A stretch of 64,000 nucleotides of DNA from Dudresnaya verticillata (lineage: Eukaryota), in assembly GCA_977862235.1 (NCBI GenBank), contig OZ374562.1:1798001-1862000 (forward strand), read 5' to 3'. The notes under the pieces were generated by a model. The model made no database searches. It was not told where the DNA came from and worked only from the letters and a program-made list of their open reading frames with translations. Both the position numbers and the translations under genes were made by a program. Of the stretch, positions 21,397 through 33,779 are shown in pieces. Position 1 is the first letter of the stretch, and every line of letters starts with the position of its first letter.

Positions 21397-21414
21397 TGGT
21401 CTCCCGACCTAGAA
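21397..21414 (+). promoter_or_regulatory. Primer-binding site TGGTCTCCCGACCTAGAA
   Basis: TGG one base after the 5' LTR; the identical 18-mer sits next to the Gypsy-2 5' LTR (57550-57567, minus strand). Confidence 0.85.
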
Positions 21415-21984
21415 GTGTTCTGGGTTGGTTTCCCCTTTCTTCCTCAACCCTGGTTGGTTAACTCAACGAGTACAAGACTCAAGACGTTGTTTCGTGTCAA
21501 GGACGAGTTTCCCGGCCAACCGGTGTTGAAACCCTAGTCAGGATTGTTGACGGTTTCTACGCTCCATCTCAAGCCGCTGAGTAGCGTCAAATCAGTGGCG
21601 AGCACGTTTATTCTTGGAATTACAACCGGTCCTAGTGGCCATTTAGAAGTTGCCGTTGAGGGCGTGACTGACGCCCCCCTCAAGACTGCTTCGACAGGTT
21701 ATCGGTACATCCTGGTAAAACACCGTCCTTTTGTACAGGCCGTGCCAGCGCACAAGTTGGAGAGTCCTCTTGGAGAAATCGCTGGTAGCCCTGAAGTCTA
21801 CCAAGGCTTACGTACGAGCACCGTGCTCAAGCTGGAAAGGATTCCCCCTCGACGCACCGTCTCGTGCGACAACACTTACGGAACACCGGTTGGCGCATCG
21901 GGAAACAGTCCCATCGACCCACCGGTCCTTCCGGAATTACTACCTATTTTTGGGACGGGTTATTAGTCCCATACTCTCGGAAAG

Positions 21985-24753
21985 ATGCCGACATCAAACG
22001 GCGATACAACCAGGCCGAGCCTCATCGGCCGTGGTGGCAGTCGTGCCGGAAGTCTTTCCTCCGTCCGTATCTCGGGCGTTACCACCCGTTCAGGGACTGC
22101 CACGCTAAGGCGCAGCCCTTCGGACGGGCGATTGGGGCGACGCCATACCGATGGCGATGCCCCCGATGAAGACCGTCCCGAACCAAGATCAACCCGCGAA
22201 CGACCGCCATTGGTTGGAAGCTCGAGGCCCGACCTTGTTCTCGGGACTACTCCCGGTTTAATGCCGAACCCTGGAAGGGATTCGGCCTCGTTTGAAGGAA
22301 AAATGACCCGGTCAGAACCGCAAACATCCACACACGTGGATGTGAATGAGGACCAGGGTCCAGAAGTGATGCCGGAATCAGGGCGACTCCCCAGTGGACG
22401 ATCGACCGATTACGCGGCACCGACAGAGGTCGACTCGGCGCCTGGATATGGGCAGCCGACCCGAACGAATACCAATTCGGAGGATGTCCGATGCTTTACG
22501 GAATCGGAGATCCACCGAATGGTCGCTGATGGTGTTGGTCACCTCGTAGCGGCCCAAATCAGGCCGCTTGCCGCAGCCCAAGCTGATGAAACGCTCACGC
22601 GTGTAAAACGCTACATCGATGAGTCAGCCGGTCGCCGAGATGAGCGGATACTGACCTTGTGTCAAGAGGAAATGACCGGCCGCATCCGCCACTCCGATAC
22701 AGGACAGAGAGTGGCGGATGAAATGGAATCACTCGATGCGAGGATAGAATCGCTCCTGGAGCGGGTGGAAACGATCCACGGAGATTTTGAGTCCCTCACT
22801 CGAGTAGTGGACCTCTCCCGGGAAGAAGCGTCCGAAGCAGTTCGGGCCCTTCGTCTCGATGGGAACGACGCCATGTGCGTAGAACAGGACCGAGCAATTG
22901 CGCTCTTACGGAAGGAGCTAGCTGACGAACGGCGTCAGGTCAATATAATCGAGACTCGTCTCCAGTTATGCCTTCTTGAGAAGAACTTATCGCCTGAAGT
23001 GGAACGTCGCCGTAGCCCGGTGCCAAAGGGCACTCGAGACCGGAGACGTCATTCGCCTAGGCGAGACTCCGATGCGGAATCGGTACACGACCACTCGGAT
23101 GTGGACAACCCGCGCGCGGCGCATTCCGGTTGCAAAACCTGCCGTACTGGTCAAGGGACTGAATCCCGTCGAAACCGGGATGAACCACGTCGGTCGGCGC
23201 AGCGGCGTCAGCCGCAGTTCTCCGAAAAGGATAGTTCCCCACCGAGGAGTTCATCGCGCCCCTCTTGGCGAGGACCTAGACGCTCGGACGTTAAGGAGCT
23301 GGCTCCGCAGAACCCGGCTTTCATTCAGGTTCTCTCTTATCGACGCTATCGTCTGCTGAACCTGGACCAATACAGGGGTCCAGAAGTCACGGAGGACACA
23401 TCGAAAAAGATCAAGAGGATCAAGTCCGTCATGAAGAGTCGCAAGTTCGACGGGAGTGACCCAGTTGCGATCATTGGCTTCTTAGCTGCTTTGAAGCGCC
23501 AACTGGACCAAGCAAGGATAAGCGAAGGAGCAGCAATCCTTGTGCTTCCCGAGTTCCTGGATAAGGATGCGCGAGACATGTTCGAAGCCAACTTCGACGT
23601 GGCCGGGGATGATAATGGAGGATTCTCCGAGTGGCCCGAGGCCGTCAATTACCTCCTCCGCACATATGCGAAGGACGTGTACATCGAGAGGATAGCCTCG
23701 GATATGGACCGTATGGCACAAGCCGAGGATGAGGACGAAGTGACCTTCTCACGGCGCCTCCAGAATAAGGCTCGAAAGGTCGCGGGTGTGTATACAGAAC
23801 AGGACCTGATTACGCGGTTCATCCGTGGACTCTTGCCGGCCACAAAGCCGTTGCTGAGTAATTCGGGTTTGGACCTACGAACGGCAAAGCTTGCCGACTA
23901 TGTGGAACTGGCTACTGCCCAAGGTGACTCACACCGGGCCCTCATGGGCGCCGGTCGTCGAGAGCGTGTCTCTGGTACTTCAATGTTGCGACGAAAGTCG
24001 TCCATTAAATCCAAGAAGGCCGGACGGGCGCTACTGGTCAGACAGGGACGTCCCAACACTGAGGTCGCGTCAAGTGACAGTGGTGGCTCTACAAGGACTA
24101 GCTCCGATTCAGAGGACGCTGTGGTGGCGGCCATCGACAGCCAAGCGCCGGATTCGTCCGTAACAACATCGGGAGTCTGGTCCACAGCCCCGTCGGAGGC
24201 TACGGACAGCTATTATGACTCCGTCAGTGCGGTACTATCCAACCAGAATCCGAGGCTTCCCTCGTGGGCCCAACCATCTCGCACACAGCGTCCCGGATGG
24301 CTAGTGGTGGAGGATAGGCCAAATGACATCTGCTTCGAATGTCTGGGTATCGGACATAAAAAGCCCAATTGCCCATATCTGGCACGAACATACGAGCGTG
24401 GCTTCTCACAGATACTACGTAACCACTACGCCCAACTCTCCAGGGAGCAACGGGAATGGCTGTCCATCGTGGGCCGTTCGCCATCATTCGCGAATGAGAT
24501 GCGTCCCTCGGATCCAGGTCCTCAAAATTCACGCCGACATTTCAACGAGGGCACGGTCAGCCCGCACCCGGAGAATAGGGGGGCACCCCGACCGACAAGT
24601 CCCCAGGGGCAGTTCGCCGATGCACTCAACCATCCTGTGGATAGGCCGCGGCGTAACCCCCGCTCTCCTCGCCCAAGTGGCAGACCGTTCCCACCTCCTC
24701 CGCCTTTACCGGCATCCCCATCAGCAAGAAACGGCCGTGTGCCGAAAAACTAG
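21985..24753 (+). CDS. gag: Gypsy-1 Gag (922 aa)
   Basis: KFDGSDPVAIIGFL capsid-like region; CCHC knuckle CFECLGIGHKKPNC; located between PBS and pol. Confidence 0.88.
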   Translation: MPTSNGDTTRPSLIGRGGSRAGSLSSVRISGVTTRSGTATLRRSPSDGRLGRRHTDGDAPDEDRPEPRSTRERPPLVGSSRPDLVLGTTPGLMPNPGRDSASFEGKMTRSEPQTSTHVDVNEDQGPEVMPESGRLPSGRSTDYAAPTEVDSAPGYGQPTRTNTNSEDVRCFTESEIHRMVADGVGHLVAAQIRPLAAAQADETLTRVKRYIDESAGRRDERILTLCQEEMTGRIRHSDTGQRVADEMESLDARIESLLERVETIHGDFESLTRVVDLSREEASEAVRALRLDGNDAMCVEQDRAIALLRKELADERRQVNIIETRLQLCLLEKNLSPEVERRRSPVPKGTRDRRRHSPRRDSDAESVHDHSDVDNPRAAHSGCKTCRTGQGTESRRNRDEPRRSAQRRQPQFSEKDSSPPRSSSRPSWRGPRRSDVKELAPQNPAFIQVLSYRRYRLLNLDQYRGPEVTEDTSKKIKRIKSVMKSRKFDGSDPVAIIGFLAALKRQLDQARISEGAAILVLPEFLDKDARDMFEANFDVAGDDNGGFSEWPEAVNYLLRTYAKDVYIERIASDMDRMAQAEDEDEVTFSRRLQNKARKVAGVYTEQDLITRFIRGLLPATKPLLSNSGLDLRTAKLADYVELATAQGDSHRALMGAGRRERVSGTSMLRRKSSIKSKKAGRALLVRQGRPNTEVASSDSGGSTRTSSDSEDAVVAAIDSQAPDSSVTTSGVWSTAPSEATDSYYDSVSAVLSNQNPRLPSWAQPSRTQRPGWLVVEDRPNDICFECLGIGHKKPNCPYLARTYERGFSQILRNHYAQLSREQREWLSIVGRSPSFANEMRPSDPGPQNSRRHFNEGTVSPHPENRGAPRPTSPQGQFADALNHPVDRPRRNPRSPRPSGRPFPPPPPLPASPSARNGRVPKN

Positions 24754-27700
24754 ACTGGGGGACCTTGGACCCCGTCGAACCGCACCTCTTGCTACGCGAC
24801 CCGGGGTCCCCCGACCGATCGAGCGAGGACGGCCTCCCGTCCCCGTTATCCCCGGATCGGCCGGAACCAGCATCCGACACAAACCTCCTCCCAAGGAAGA
24901 TCTTACCTCGCCCTCTAGGGCTTCCTCGAGGACGCACTTTTGATGAGTATTGTAAGGATCCCATATGCGCGCTGTCGCGATATAACTATAAAGTGGCAGC
25001 GTCCATTGGGACCTCTCTTGACGAACTCTCTCGCGTCCTTTCGGTCCTGGATACAGGGGCAGGCCCCAACCTCATACGAGCTGGTGCTCTTTCCTCGGAG
25101 GATCAAAAGAAGATCGCTTCTGGCCGGTCCATCGTGAATCTAACTTCCGCCTCACGGCACAAACTAACTACCTTAGGGACTATCTCCCTGTACGTTCGAA
25201 TCGGAACCTACACGGTCCGACAACCTTTCATCGTCGTCCAAGCACTCGCCGTGGACGTGATCCTGGGTTGTACCTTCATCGACCACCATGTCGATAACTT
25301 AAGAATCAAGCGTCAACGCGCCGTCTTGCGTGATGGGTCCATACACCCGATATTACGCCGACGATGCGGACTTCCACGCGCCTCGCGCCCCGCGGAATCA
25401 CAAGAGGTCCCCACTGGTCCTCCCGAACCGCGACACCTGCGCGTGGCACATTCGGTTGTTATACCCGCGGCGTCAGAAGCATGGGCCACGGTCACGTGCC
25501 CGGCGCGAGGTGTACACTTCATGGATTCATTCCAGCGGCTCTACGACCGCCAGGGTCTGGTGGCCACAAATGGCATCATCGCCGTGCAACCTAACCGGCC
25601 GTTCCGGGTCAAGGTCGCCAATTTCTCTCAAGGCCCGAAGCGACTGGCCAAACGCCAGAAGATCGGACACGCCATTCCGGCTCCTTCCACAACCCCAGTG
25701 TACGCTCTGTCCTTCGAGGACGCCCCATCTGCTCCTCACGAACCCGACGAGCCATCGCTCGATGTGGTGGGGCAGGGCTTGCTGCTGCCTTCTCTCCGGG
25801 TACGGATCCAAAACCAGGCATTAAGGCCTCGGTCGCCAACATGACGGTCGAAGACCTAAACCTTTCACATCTGGAACCAAAGGATCAGCGTCGAGTACGC
25901 AAGATGCTCCGGCCATTCTCGGAAATGTGGAGTGGTAAACTCGGGACTATCAAAGTCACGGAGCACCGCATCGAGCTCAAACCAGGGACGAATCCCGTCT
26001 TCTCACAACCCTATAGGGCAGGCCCCAAAGCTCGACAGGCTGAACAAGCGGAAGTAACCAAGATGTTGGAAGCAGGGGTCATACAACCCGCGCGGTTGGA
26101 ATTCGCGAGCCCAGTCGTGCTGGTCAATAAGCCTGATGGCTCCTTACGCTTTTGTGTCGACTATCGAAAGCTTAATGCAGTAACGATCAAGGATTCTTAT
26201 CCTTTGCCTCGTATGGACGAGTGTCTGGACTCCCTGGGAGATGCCCAATTCTTCACAACGCTTGATTGTAATTCTGGCTACTGGCAGATACCTGTCGCCA
26301 AGGAAGACCAGACGAAGACGGCGTTCACTTGTCACGCTGGATGCTTCCAATTTTGCCGCATGTCCTTTGGGCTATGTAATGCACCAGCCACGTTCCAGCG
26401 AACGGTCGACATCCTCCTGTCTGGATTCAGATGGAAGTCGTGCTTGGTATATCTGGATGATATCATCATCTTCTCCAAAAGCGTCAAAGAGCACCTTGCT
26501 CACGTAAAGGAAATCCTGGAGGTGCTCCAGAACGCGGGAGTATCGCTGAAGTTGAAGAAATGTAACTTCTTCGCGAAGAGCGTCGATTATCTGGGACACG
26601 TGGTCCGCCCTGGCCTCCTGGAGGTCGCCTCGAAGAACACACAAGCCATCGACGGGTTCAGGGAACCAAAGACGCAAACGCAGCTACGCTCTTTCCTTGG
26701 CTTGTGCAACGTTTATAGACGGTTCGTGCCCAACTTTGCGAGAGTCGCTGCGCCGCTTAACGCATTACTACAGAAGACAGTGGATTTCAACCTCCCGACG
26801 TTCAACGAGGAACAAGGAGATTCCTTCTCGTTTCTGAAGAAAGCACTCGTGGCTCCGCCCATACTGCAATTACCGCAAGTGGGACGCCAATTATCAGTCG
26901 ACACCGACGCGTGCGACTATCAAGTGGGCTGTGCCCTGATGCAGACCGACGAGAATGGTGATCGGCACCCTATTGGTTTCTGGAGCCGCTCGCTAACGAA
27001 AGCTGAGAAGAACTACTCAGTCGGAGAGAAAGAATGTCTCGCCGTCGTATGGGCAATACAGATACTGCGACCCTATTTGGAGCGGTCTCACTTCGATCTT
27101 TTCACTGATCATCAAGCGTTACGCTGGATCATGAGTATGTCTGACGCGTCAGGACGCTTGGGGAGATGGAGGCTTCGCCTTTTGGAATATGACTTTACGG
27201 TCCAATACCGGACGGGGCGTAAGAACCAGATTGCCGACGCGGTTTCTCGCCTCCCTACATGGGGTCATACCCACAAGGAGCCTGATCTCGAGATACCTTG
27301 CTTCATAGTCGAAGAGGAAGACGGTCCAGTCCGAATGACTTCAGCGGAGCCAATGGTGGTCACGGATAGACCCACCAAAATAGAGCCCCTAGAGGCGTGG
27401 GACATCGAACCCCTCGAGTATTACAGTCATATGGACGAGATACCCATCGCCACCGTGGCGGAGAAGCGAGCCGACGAGGGCAGCGTCTCACAAGTTACTG
27501 TAGAGGAGCTGCTCCGAGAGCAGAAACGAGACTCGTTTTGCCAAGACGTGCAGAAGCGCCTTGATATGGGAAGCCCCGGGTGCTACTTGGAAGACGAACG
27601 AGGGCTTCTCGCCCGCAAGGCATACGTGGATGGGGCCATACAGGTTCTCATACCCGCGACCCTTCGCGAAAAGGTGCTACATTTGGCCCATTATCCGGCC

Positions 27701-29122
27701 CTCGCTGGCCACCCAGGGGGAACCCGCATGTTTCACAACCTACGCCGGCAAGTGTATTGGCCAGATGTGGCCTTGGCCGTCTACTCAACCGTTCGGAATT
27801 GCGTCCAGTGCGCGAAAGAGCGAGTCAAGCTCAGGAAGCATACTTCGTTTCTCAAGCTCTTCCCCGCCACGGCTCCTTTGGAGTTTGTCGGAATCGACAT
27901 TTTAGGTCCATTGACCAAGTCAAGCAAGGGAAATGAGTATTTACTCGTGATCACGGATCGCTTCTCAAAGCTAACCCGGACTGTGCCGCTCAAGGCGATC
28001 ACGGCCTATACCGTCGCTAAGGCCTTCTGCGACCACTGGGTCTATGTATATGGACCTCCGCGGTATGTGCTATCGGACAATGGGTCCCAGTTTGCCTCGA
28101 AGTTCTTCATGAACATTTGCAGCATTCTGCGAGTGCGTAATCTATTTACGTCTACTTATCACCCGCAAAGTAACGGCCAGACCGAACGCTTTAATCGCAC
28201 CATTCTAGCCGGGCTAAGGCACTTTATCGCTGAGAATCAGCGTGACTGGGATGAGTTTTCTAACGCACTCACGTTTGCGTACAATACCACGGTGCACAAA
28301 GCCACGGGGCTATCCCCTTTCGATCTGGTGATCTCGAATCCCCCGAACTCCCTGCTCCTGGAGCGATCCGAGACGGTGGAAGTTGCTAATGTCCCCGCGA
28401 CTAACGTCAAGAAACGCTTATCAGAGCGATTGGAGCGATTGATGAACACCGCTCTACCCCGTCTAAGGCTCGCGCAGAAGCGCTATCAAGCGGACTTCAA
28501 CCGACGGGTCCGCCCTGCGAATCGGAATATTTGCGTTGGCAGCTGGGTGTTCCTAGAGCGCGAGACTCGGGTGAAAGACGTGGATGGCGTGGATCGCGAA
28601 GGCAAACTGTTTCCTAAGGCGCTAGGCCCATATAAGGTGGTGGATCGTGGCACCCACGTTGTGGTCCTTGAGGTCAAGGGCGAACGGGAATCAGTCTCCC
28701 TAGACAGGGTAACGCTAGCGCCTCCCCCTGACGAGTCGCTGGATGCTCGGGGTGAAGCCCCTGCTATCATGGAGGCGAATCCGGCTACTGGGCCAGGCCC
28801 CATCGAAGCGGGAACCGTGCCCTTGACCGCACTACAGCCGGGACAGGCGAGGCCCACTAACGCCACTCCTCCCGCCGTTGAGAGCGAAAGCCCTGCGCAA
28901 GAGCCTGAGACTTCGCCAGCGGAGCGCCGCTTCTCGCGCTATCAGCGCCCTACTCCGCGGGAGCACGTCTATGATCGGATCATGTCCTATGACCCCGAGT
29001 CGGCACGGTATAAGATCCGCTGGCACCAGCGTTCGGCCTCTGACGACACGTGGGAACCCCGGGAGAATCTTCCTCACAACCTCGTGGCGAGGTACCATCG
29101 CAAACGGGGCATCCCCCTTTAA
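24744..29122 (+). CDS. pol: Gypsy-1 Pol (protease, RT, RNase H, integrase, chromodomain) with one 1-nt frameshift near 25770
   Basis: VLDTGAGPNLI; LRFCVDYRKLN, YLDD; TDACDYQVG, EKECLAVVW; GHPGG, SDNGSQF, NGQTERFN; YDRIMSY...YKIRW...TWEPRENL. Confidence 0.95.
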
Positions 29123-29896
29123 CTCGCGTATGCGACATAGCTCCCCCATTGGGACGGGAGTTGGCAAGCGCCGGAAAATAGGCGGACTACCATATGGTAG
29201 AGATATCGCGGCCTCAACGCCCCCTTTGGCTTCACGGCCTGATACAGTGCGAGGCGACACACAAGGCGGCATCGTCCGATGCCACGGGCAGAGGTGTAAG
29301 CCAAAATAGCACAGTGCTGGGAACTGGTGCCGTTGGGCGTACTGTGGCTGTACAGCGAGCGGAGATATATTTCAAGTGGGAAAGGACACTGTCTGGCGAC
29401 GGTATGATACCAAGTATTACCCGCGCACGTACGCCAAGCATCGTTTTGGAAACAACTGTCTCCTTCCCCACTACAAGGGGGAAGGCCGCAAGCTGCCTGC
29501 CTTAGAGGCTGGCCTCGATGCGACACTAAGGGGCGTTCTCGACCCGTCCGCCGCTACACATGGCGTCCGGGGATAATGGCCCTCTTCCCTCTCTGCCAAA
29601 TGATGCCTGATCATGCATGGAGCGGAGGCTCCCCTCCTATGCCAGGAAGCTGAAACAGGGCTGAGACCCTTGCCTACTATACAAGCCAGCTGGCCTACGT
29701 TACACGCCAACGAGGCTAACTCGCGCACGACGCGCACTTTAACTTTAACACTAACCCAACCGATGTTGGCGGCAGCCATTAGCTTGGTGAATTCGACTTT
29801 TATTCTTAACTCATGCACAGACATTAACTTCTACGCGGCAAACCCGCACTAACTTCTTGGGCTAAACGCCCTAATGAGCAACAGGAGGATGGGAGT

Positions 29897-32241
29897 CTAC
29901 TCATCCTCCGTCAGGTCAACTACCTCGTCGTTGTCCACATTAGCTGGACGCACGGCACCAACCGGGTGAACGATACGCCGCACTTCGCGGATGATGCGAC
30001 GCACTCGCGGCTGAACGGGGTCTGTTTCCATAGGAGTTGGCTCCTCTTCGAGCTCTTCCTTGATGACGAGCTCGGTCTTAACCAGGCCCCCGCCTTCTTC
30101 CTGCATGACTTGCGACTCCTCATCTGGCGAAATCCTGGAGCTGTCCGCGGCTGCTGTCTTCGAGACGAGTTGCACTGAGTCCGCCTCGATCGGGCCAGGC
30201 CCGGACACCGCGTTGCCCTCAGTAGGCAGAGATGGCGGCGCCTCACCCGTCGGCGGGGAAGATATCACCCCTGGCCCAGGGGCCGAAGTGGATGCTGGAG
30301 TAAGCGGCGGCGCAGGAGCAGCCGGCTCAATCCGCTCTTCACCTCTTTCTCCGGCCGGTGCCGTTGCTGCCGCCGCTGTTATCGGCTCTTGAGACGGGGT
30401 TGCCCCAAGGGCAGCTTCCGAAGCCGGCGGAAGAGACGCCATTACCGCGTCACCCTCGCGACCATCGCGCCTCGCTGCAAGTGGGGCACTCCCCCTATTG
30501 CCAGGAATGGTGATGCCCTGAATGGCCAAGCCTTGCGCTATCTCCTCTTCTTGACGGGCTCGACGCCCAGCTGATCCAATGCCATGACGACCCCTGGGTC
30601 GAGTCTCTCCAATAGGAGATGCCGACGCGACTCCCCCGTGGCCGGTAACGATGGCTGTAGAAGCCACTGGAGCCGGACTGGTCGTAGTGTTGACCAACTC
30701 CTCTCGCGCGACAGGCGCTTCTCGTTCCTCCTTGGCTTGTTCGCCCAAACGGGGCAAGCCCCGGAAATGTTCCGACATCCGATGGATGGGGCCAGGCACT
30801 GTTAGCCACGAGGCTTCGTAGTCGACCATGGTCGCCTCGACCCAATCCGCCAGGGAATTCACCGTCAGGTTTTGGATGTTCCAGTGGGTATGGAGGCGCA
30901 CGGCCAAACCACGCTGACGAAAGACTTCGCGAATGACGGCATCGGCCTTGCTTCGACCATGGATCACCGGCGGCGCGTAGGGGCCTAAAGGCTGACCATC
31001 GGTAAGCGCGTCATACGCGGGCACCTCAGCGGGAGTTTGCGGCTCGTGCCAGTTGTTACAAACCCACCCCGCGGTGAAACCGGACCGCAGACGCATGCCT
31101 TCGTCCGCCTCGATTGACTGAGCGTCCACTGGGACGGATTTGATCAGATCTTCGGGAATGTCGGGAGCCCAGGCTTCGGGGTCGAAGTCTACCCAATCCC
31201 CACGGTCAAACACCGGTGTGATGGTGCCCGTATCAGCGGGCAAGAACCGGTTTTGCTTCGACACTCGTCGCCAGATGATACGCTCGACAAAGAGTAGGAG
31301 CGAGTCCAGGTCAACTGCGTCATCTGCATTAGCCGTAAACTCGGACGAGCCGATCTCGCGAATATCATCCCGTATCTTCTGATTCACGAAGAATAGGCGG
31401 CCCTTCCGCGCCTCGTACATGAAGACCTGGGTGATGAGGACGATCCGTTCGTGCCGGTAGACGAGCCATAGCAAACTGCTGCTTGAGGCCTGCATCAGCT
31501 CCAAGCCGAGATAGGCCACCACGGTCGGAACCCCACGGGCATCGAGTACGAGACTTCGTAATACCCGTAATCCGGCGGGATCTGCGGGTACTTGCTTGTG
31601 ATCATCTCCGGCTTAATAGCGGTTGCCTCCTGGCAGTGGAACGGGACCAGGCACCCGGTGCGGTGCCTCTGGCGACGCTCAAAGCGAGCAGCTTCGTGGG
31701 GCAGAGCCGTCTGCGGCGTATCCAAATGATACTTATAGGTGGTGCGGTTATTGGGAAGCGTGATCCTGGTTGTGTTGTACGGGAAATTGTCCCTGCCTGC
31801 TCGGATGAACGGGCGCGGATGGCCGACTGCCCTCAGATCATAGCCTTCGGAGAGATATATCTCGTCAAGCACATACTTCTCTTCGCCCAGGAAGCGGGCC
31901 ATCTTCTCAATCCACGGGACCCCCCACCGATAGCGGGCGCGTGCAAAATCAAAGGGGAATGGCCCCGGCGTCGAGATACGCAGCGTCGTCAACGACAAGT
32001 GGCTCACACGTGCCCTCAGTAGGGTATTACAAGCCTTGGATTCCGCCCTCTTCCCGCCTAGACGGCGCACTTCGTCGCGGTTCGCCCCCGCGCGGGGTCG
32101 CACATGGTTGAGGTCCGTGCGTACTCGCCAATCGCGGCTAGCCGCAATGTCGACAGGGACCCCTCCCGCGTCCACAGCAACCGGCGCTACGTTATCGGAC
32201 GAGCCGGCTTGCCCATACTGGAAGCTGGGATTCACTGGCAT
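29897..32241 (-). CDS. Antisense accessory gene in the Gypsy-1 3' region (about 780 aa after repairing one frameshift near 31550); function unknown
   Basis: Overlapping ORFs of 261 and 541 aa, one base out of register. Aromatic-rich globular-looking N-terminal half, Pro/Ala/Glu-rich tail, ending VKTE..IKEE...EVVDLTEDE. Confidence 0.72.
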
Positions 32242-32860
32242 TGTGAAGACGAGCACGGACTCCTGCTTGTGCGTTACCACTTGAAAGGGCCCTGCCCGAG
32301 ATTCTCCTTTCTTCGCTTGGACGATCGGTCACGCCGCGGCCAGCATGCAGAGATTCGCTGCGCTCACGCACCCCTCGGCGGGGTTGGCTCTGGCAACAAC
32401 GCGGGCGCAACAGCGCGACGTGGCACAAATGCGGTTCCCGCTCGCTACGGACGATGAAAGCGACGCCAAACAGCAGCGCCAGGCGCGACGATGCGGAAGT
32501 TATGACCACGGCGCCCACGCCGAGAACCTGCGGAGGGAAGAAGAAGCGCACCCGGTGCGAGTGTCGGCAGTGAGCTGTCGCAGCGCTTAAGGACGAGAAT
32601 GAAGGGGGCGCGCAAGACTTGTGGCGGGTGCCGGTGCAAAAACACTTTGCGCAGACGCGGGTACACACCCTGATATACGCTCACGATTTTGGGAGCGCTG
32701 GCTCAGAGTGTGGGATTTCTCGACGACGGTGTCCCAATCGCAACGTTACGCCGCACTGGCTTTGGCCCGACAAATCTGGCGGAACGCCAATGAAAATTGG
32801 AAACTGTGGCACCGAAACGGCTCAGACCTCGCGGGGCTCTCGGTCTTACGAGGGGGGCCG

Positions 32861-33459
32861 TGTGGCACAACGGCGATTTGCGCCAAGTGGGCGCTCGACG
32901 CTGTAAGTCATAACGGGCCAATGCCCTGTAAGGCGCTGTCATTGCTGGACTGCGCCATGATGCGACACGTGATTGGCGCCTGGCGCGAAATCATCTGCGC
33001 CTCAGACGAGAAATTGGCGCCTGGTCATTGGTGCGGCGTTGGGATATTTCCCGATTATACGCCGCCACAGGGGCATAGATCCGCCTCCCATTGCTCAATG
33101 TAATTCGTGTACAGTACACTGTAGTAGTTAGTATTAGCACGGACACAAGCCCTATTTATTGGTCCCCTGAATAGCAGGGCACCCCTGATTGAACCCTACG
33201 GGGAGTTTCTCGGTCTTGACCGTTTTCTGGATTCCGGGCGCTTCCCGTTCCCTTTTTGGACGCCAACTACAGGCTCGTCACCGTACGGCAGGTTCCCTGC
33301 GGAATACCGGGTCGCGTCCCCCTTTTCCTTTTCCTTTTTCCTGGCCTAGCGCCATTCTACCAAGCCTCTACCACACCCGAGCTACCTGTGAGCACGACGG
33401 TTCCGGACAGGTGTCCTTTGTTCTTTTTGCTCTTCCTGGGCTGGACCCGTTGTGCTACA
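32861..33459 (+). repeat. 3' LTR of Gypsy-1
   Basis: Direct repeat of 20797-21395, preceded by the PPT. Confidence 0.95.
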
Positions 33460-33779
33460 TGTGCGCGCACGGGACAGCTGTCCTTGCCGTTTAGCGGGCT
33501 ACTGGCTCGTCTCGCCATACTACTACACGTAGATCAAGAATGAACAAACTATTGAGGGTTCTTATAGACTTTCTACTTCTCAGCTTGAGATAGTATTCTA
33601 CATAGTAGTTCAGAAAGTCAACAAGAATATAGACGTTACTACTGTATAAGTGGAAGTCTTGTATCTTAGCAATATTGTATTGATCTGACATTGCATGCAT
33701 TTTATGCAATATCTCTACGCAAATATCCATCAAGGATACAAGTTAGATATTGCTTCCCTTCTTGAAGTCAACCAAGTGA

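Larger units (their letters stand above)
20797..33459 (+). mobile_element. Full-length chromodomain Ty3/Gypsy LTR retrotransposon (Gypsy-1), 12.66 kb
   Basis: 599-bp LTRs 20797-21395 and 32861-33459 (about 8 mismatches by eye); TSD TGTGC; PBS 21397-21414; PPT GAGGGGGGCCG 32850-32860. Confidence 0.96.
20168..33527. mobile_element. Solo LTR (family B), split into 20168-20796 and 33465-33527 by the Gypsy-1 insertion
   Basis: TGTGGTAC...TACTACA termini; TSD CGTAG (20163-20167 / 33528-33532); the rejoined halves match the intact copy at 60468-61155. Confidence 0.92.

Noticed and set aside
29897..32241. env gene of an endogenous retrovirus-like element
   Set aside because: Antisense orientation, and no signal peptide or transmembrane segment.
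33533..33765. 3' LTR and PPT of the old Copia, possibly continuing at 20086-20167 and left of 13350
   Set aside because: A purine tract is present near 33753-33763, but there is no partner LTR or TSD in the window to fix boundaries.
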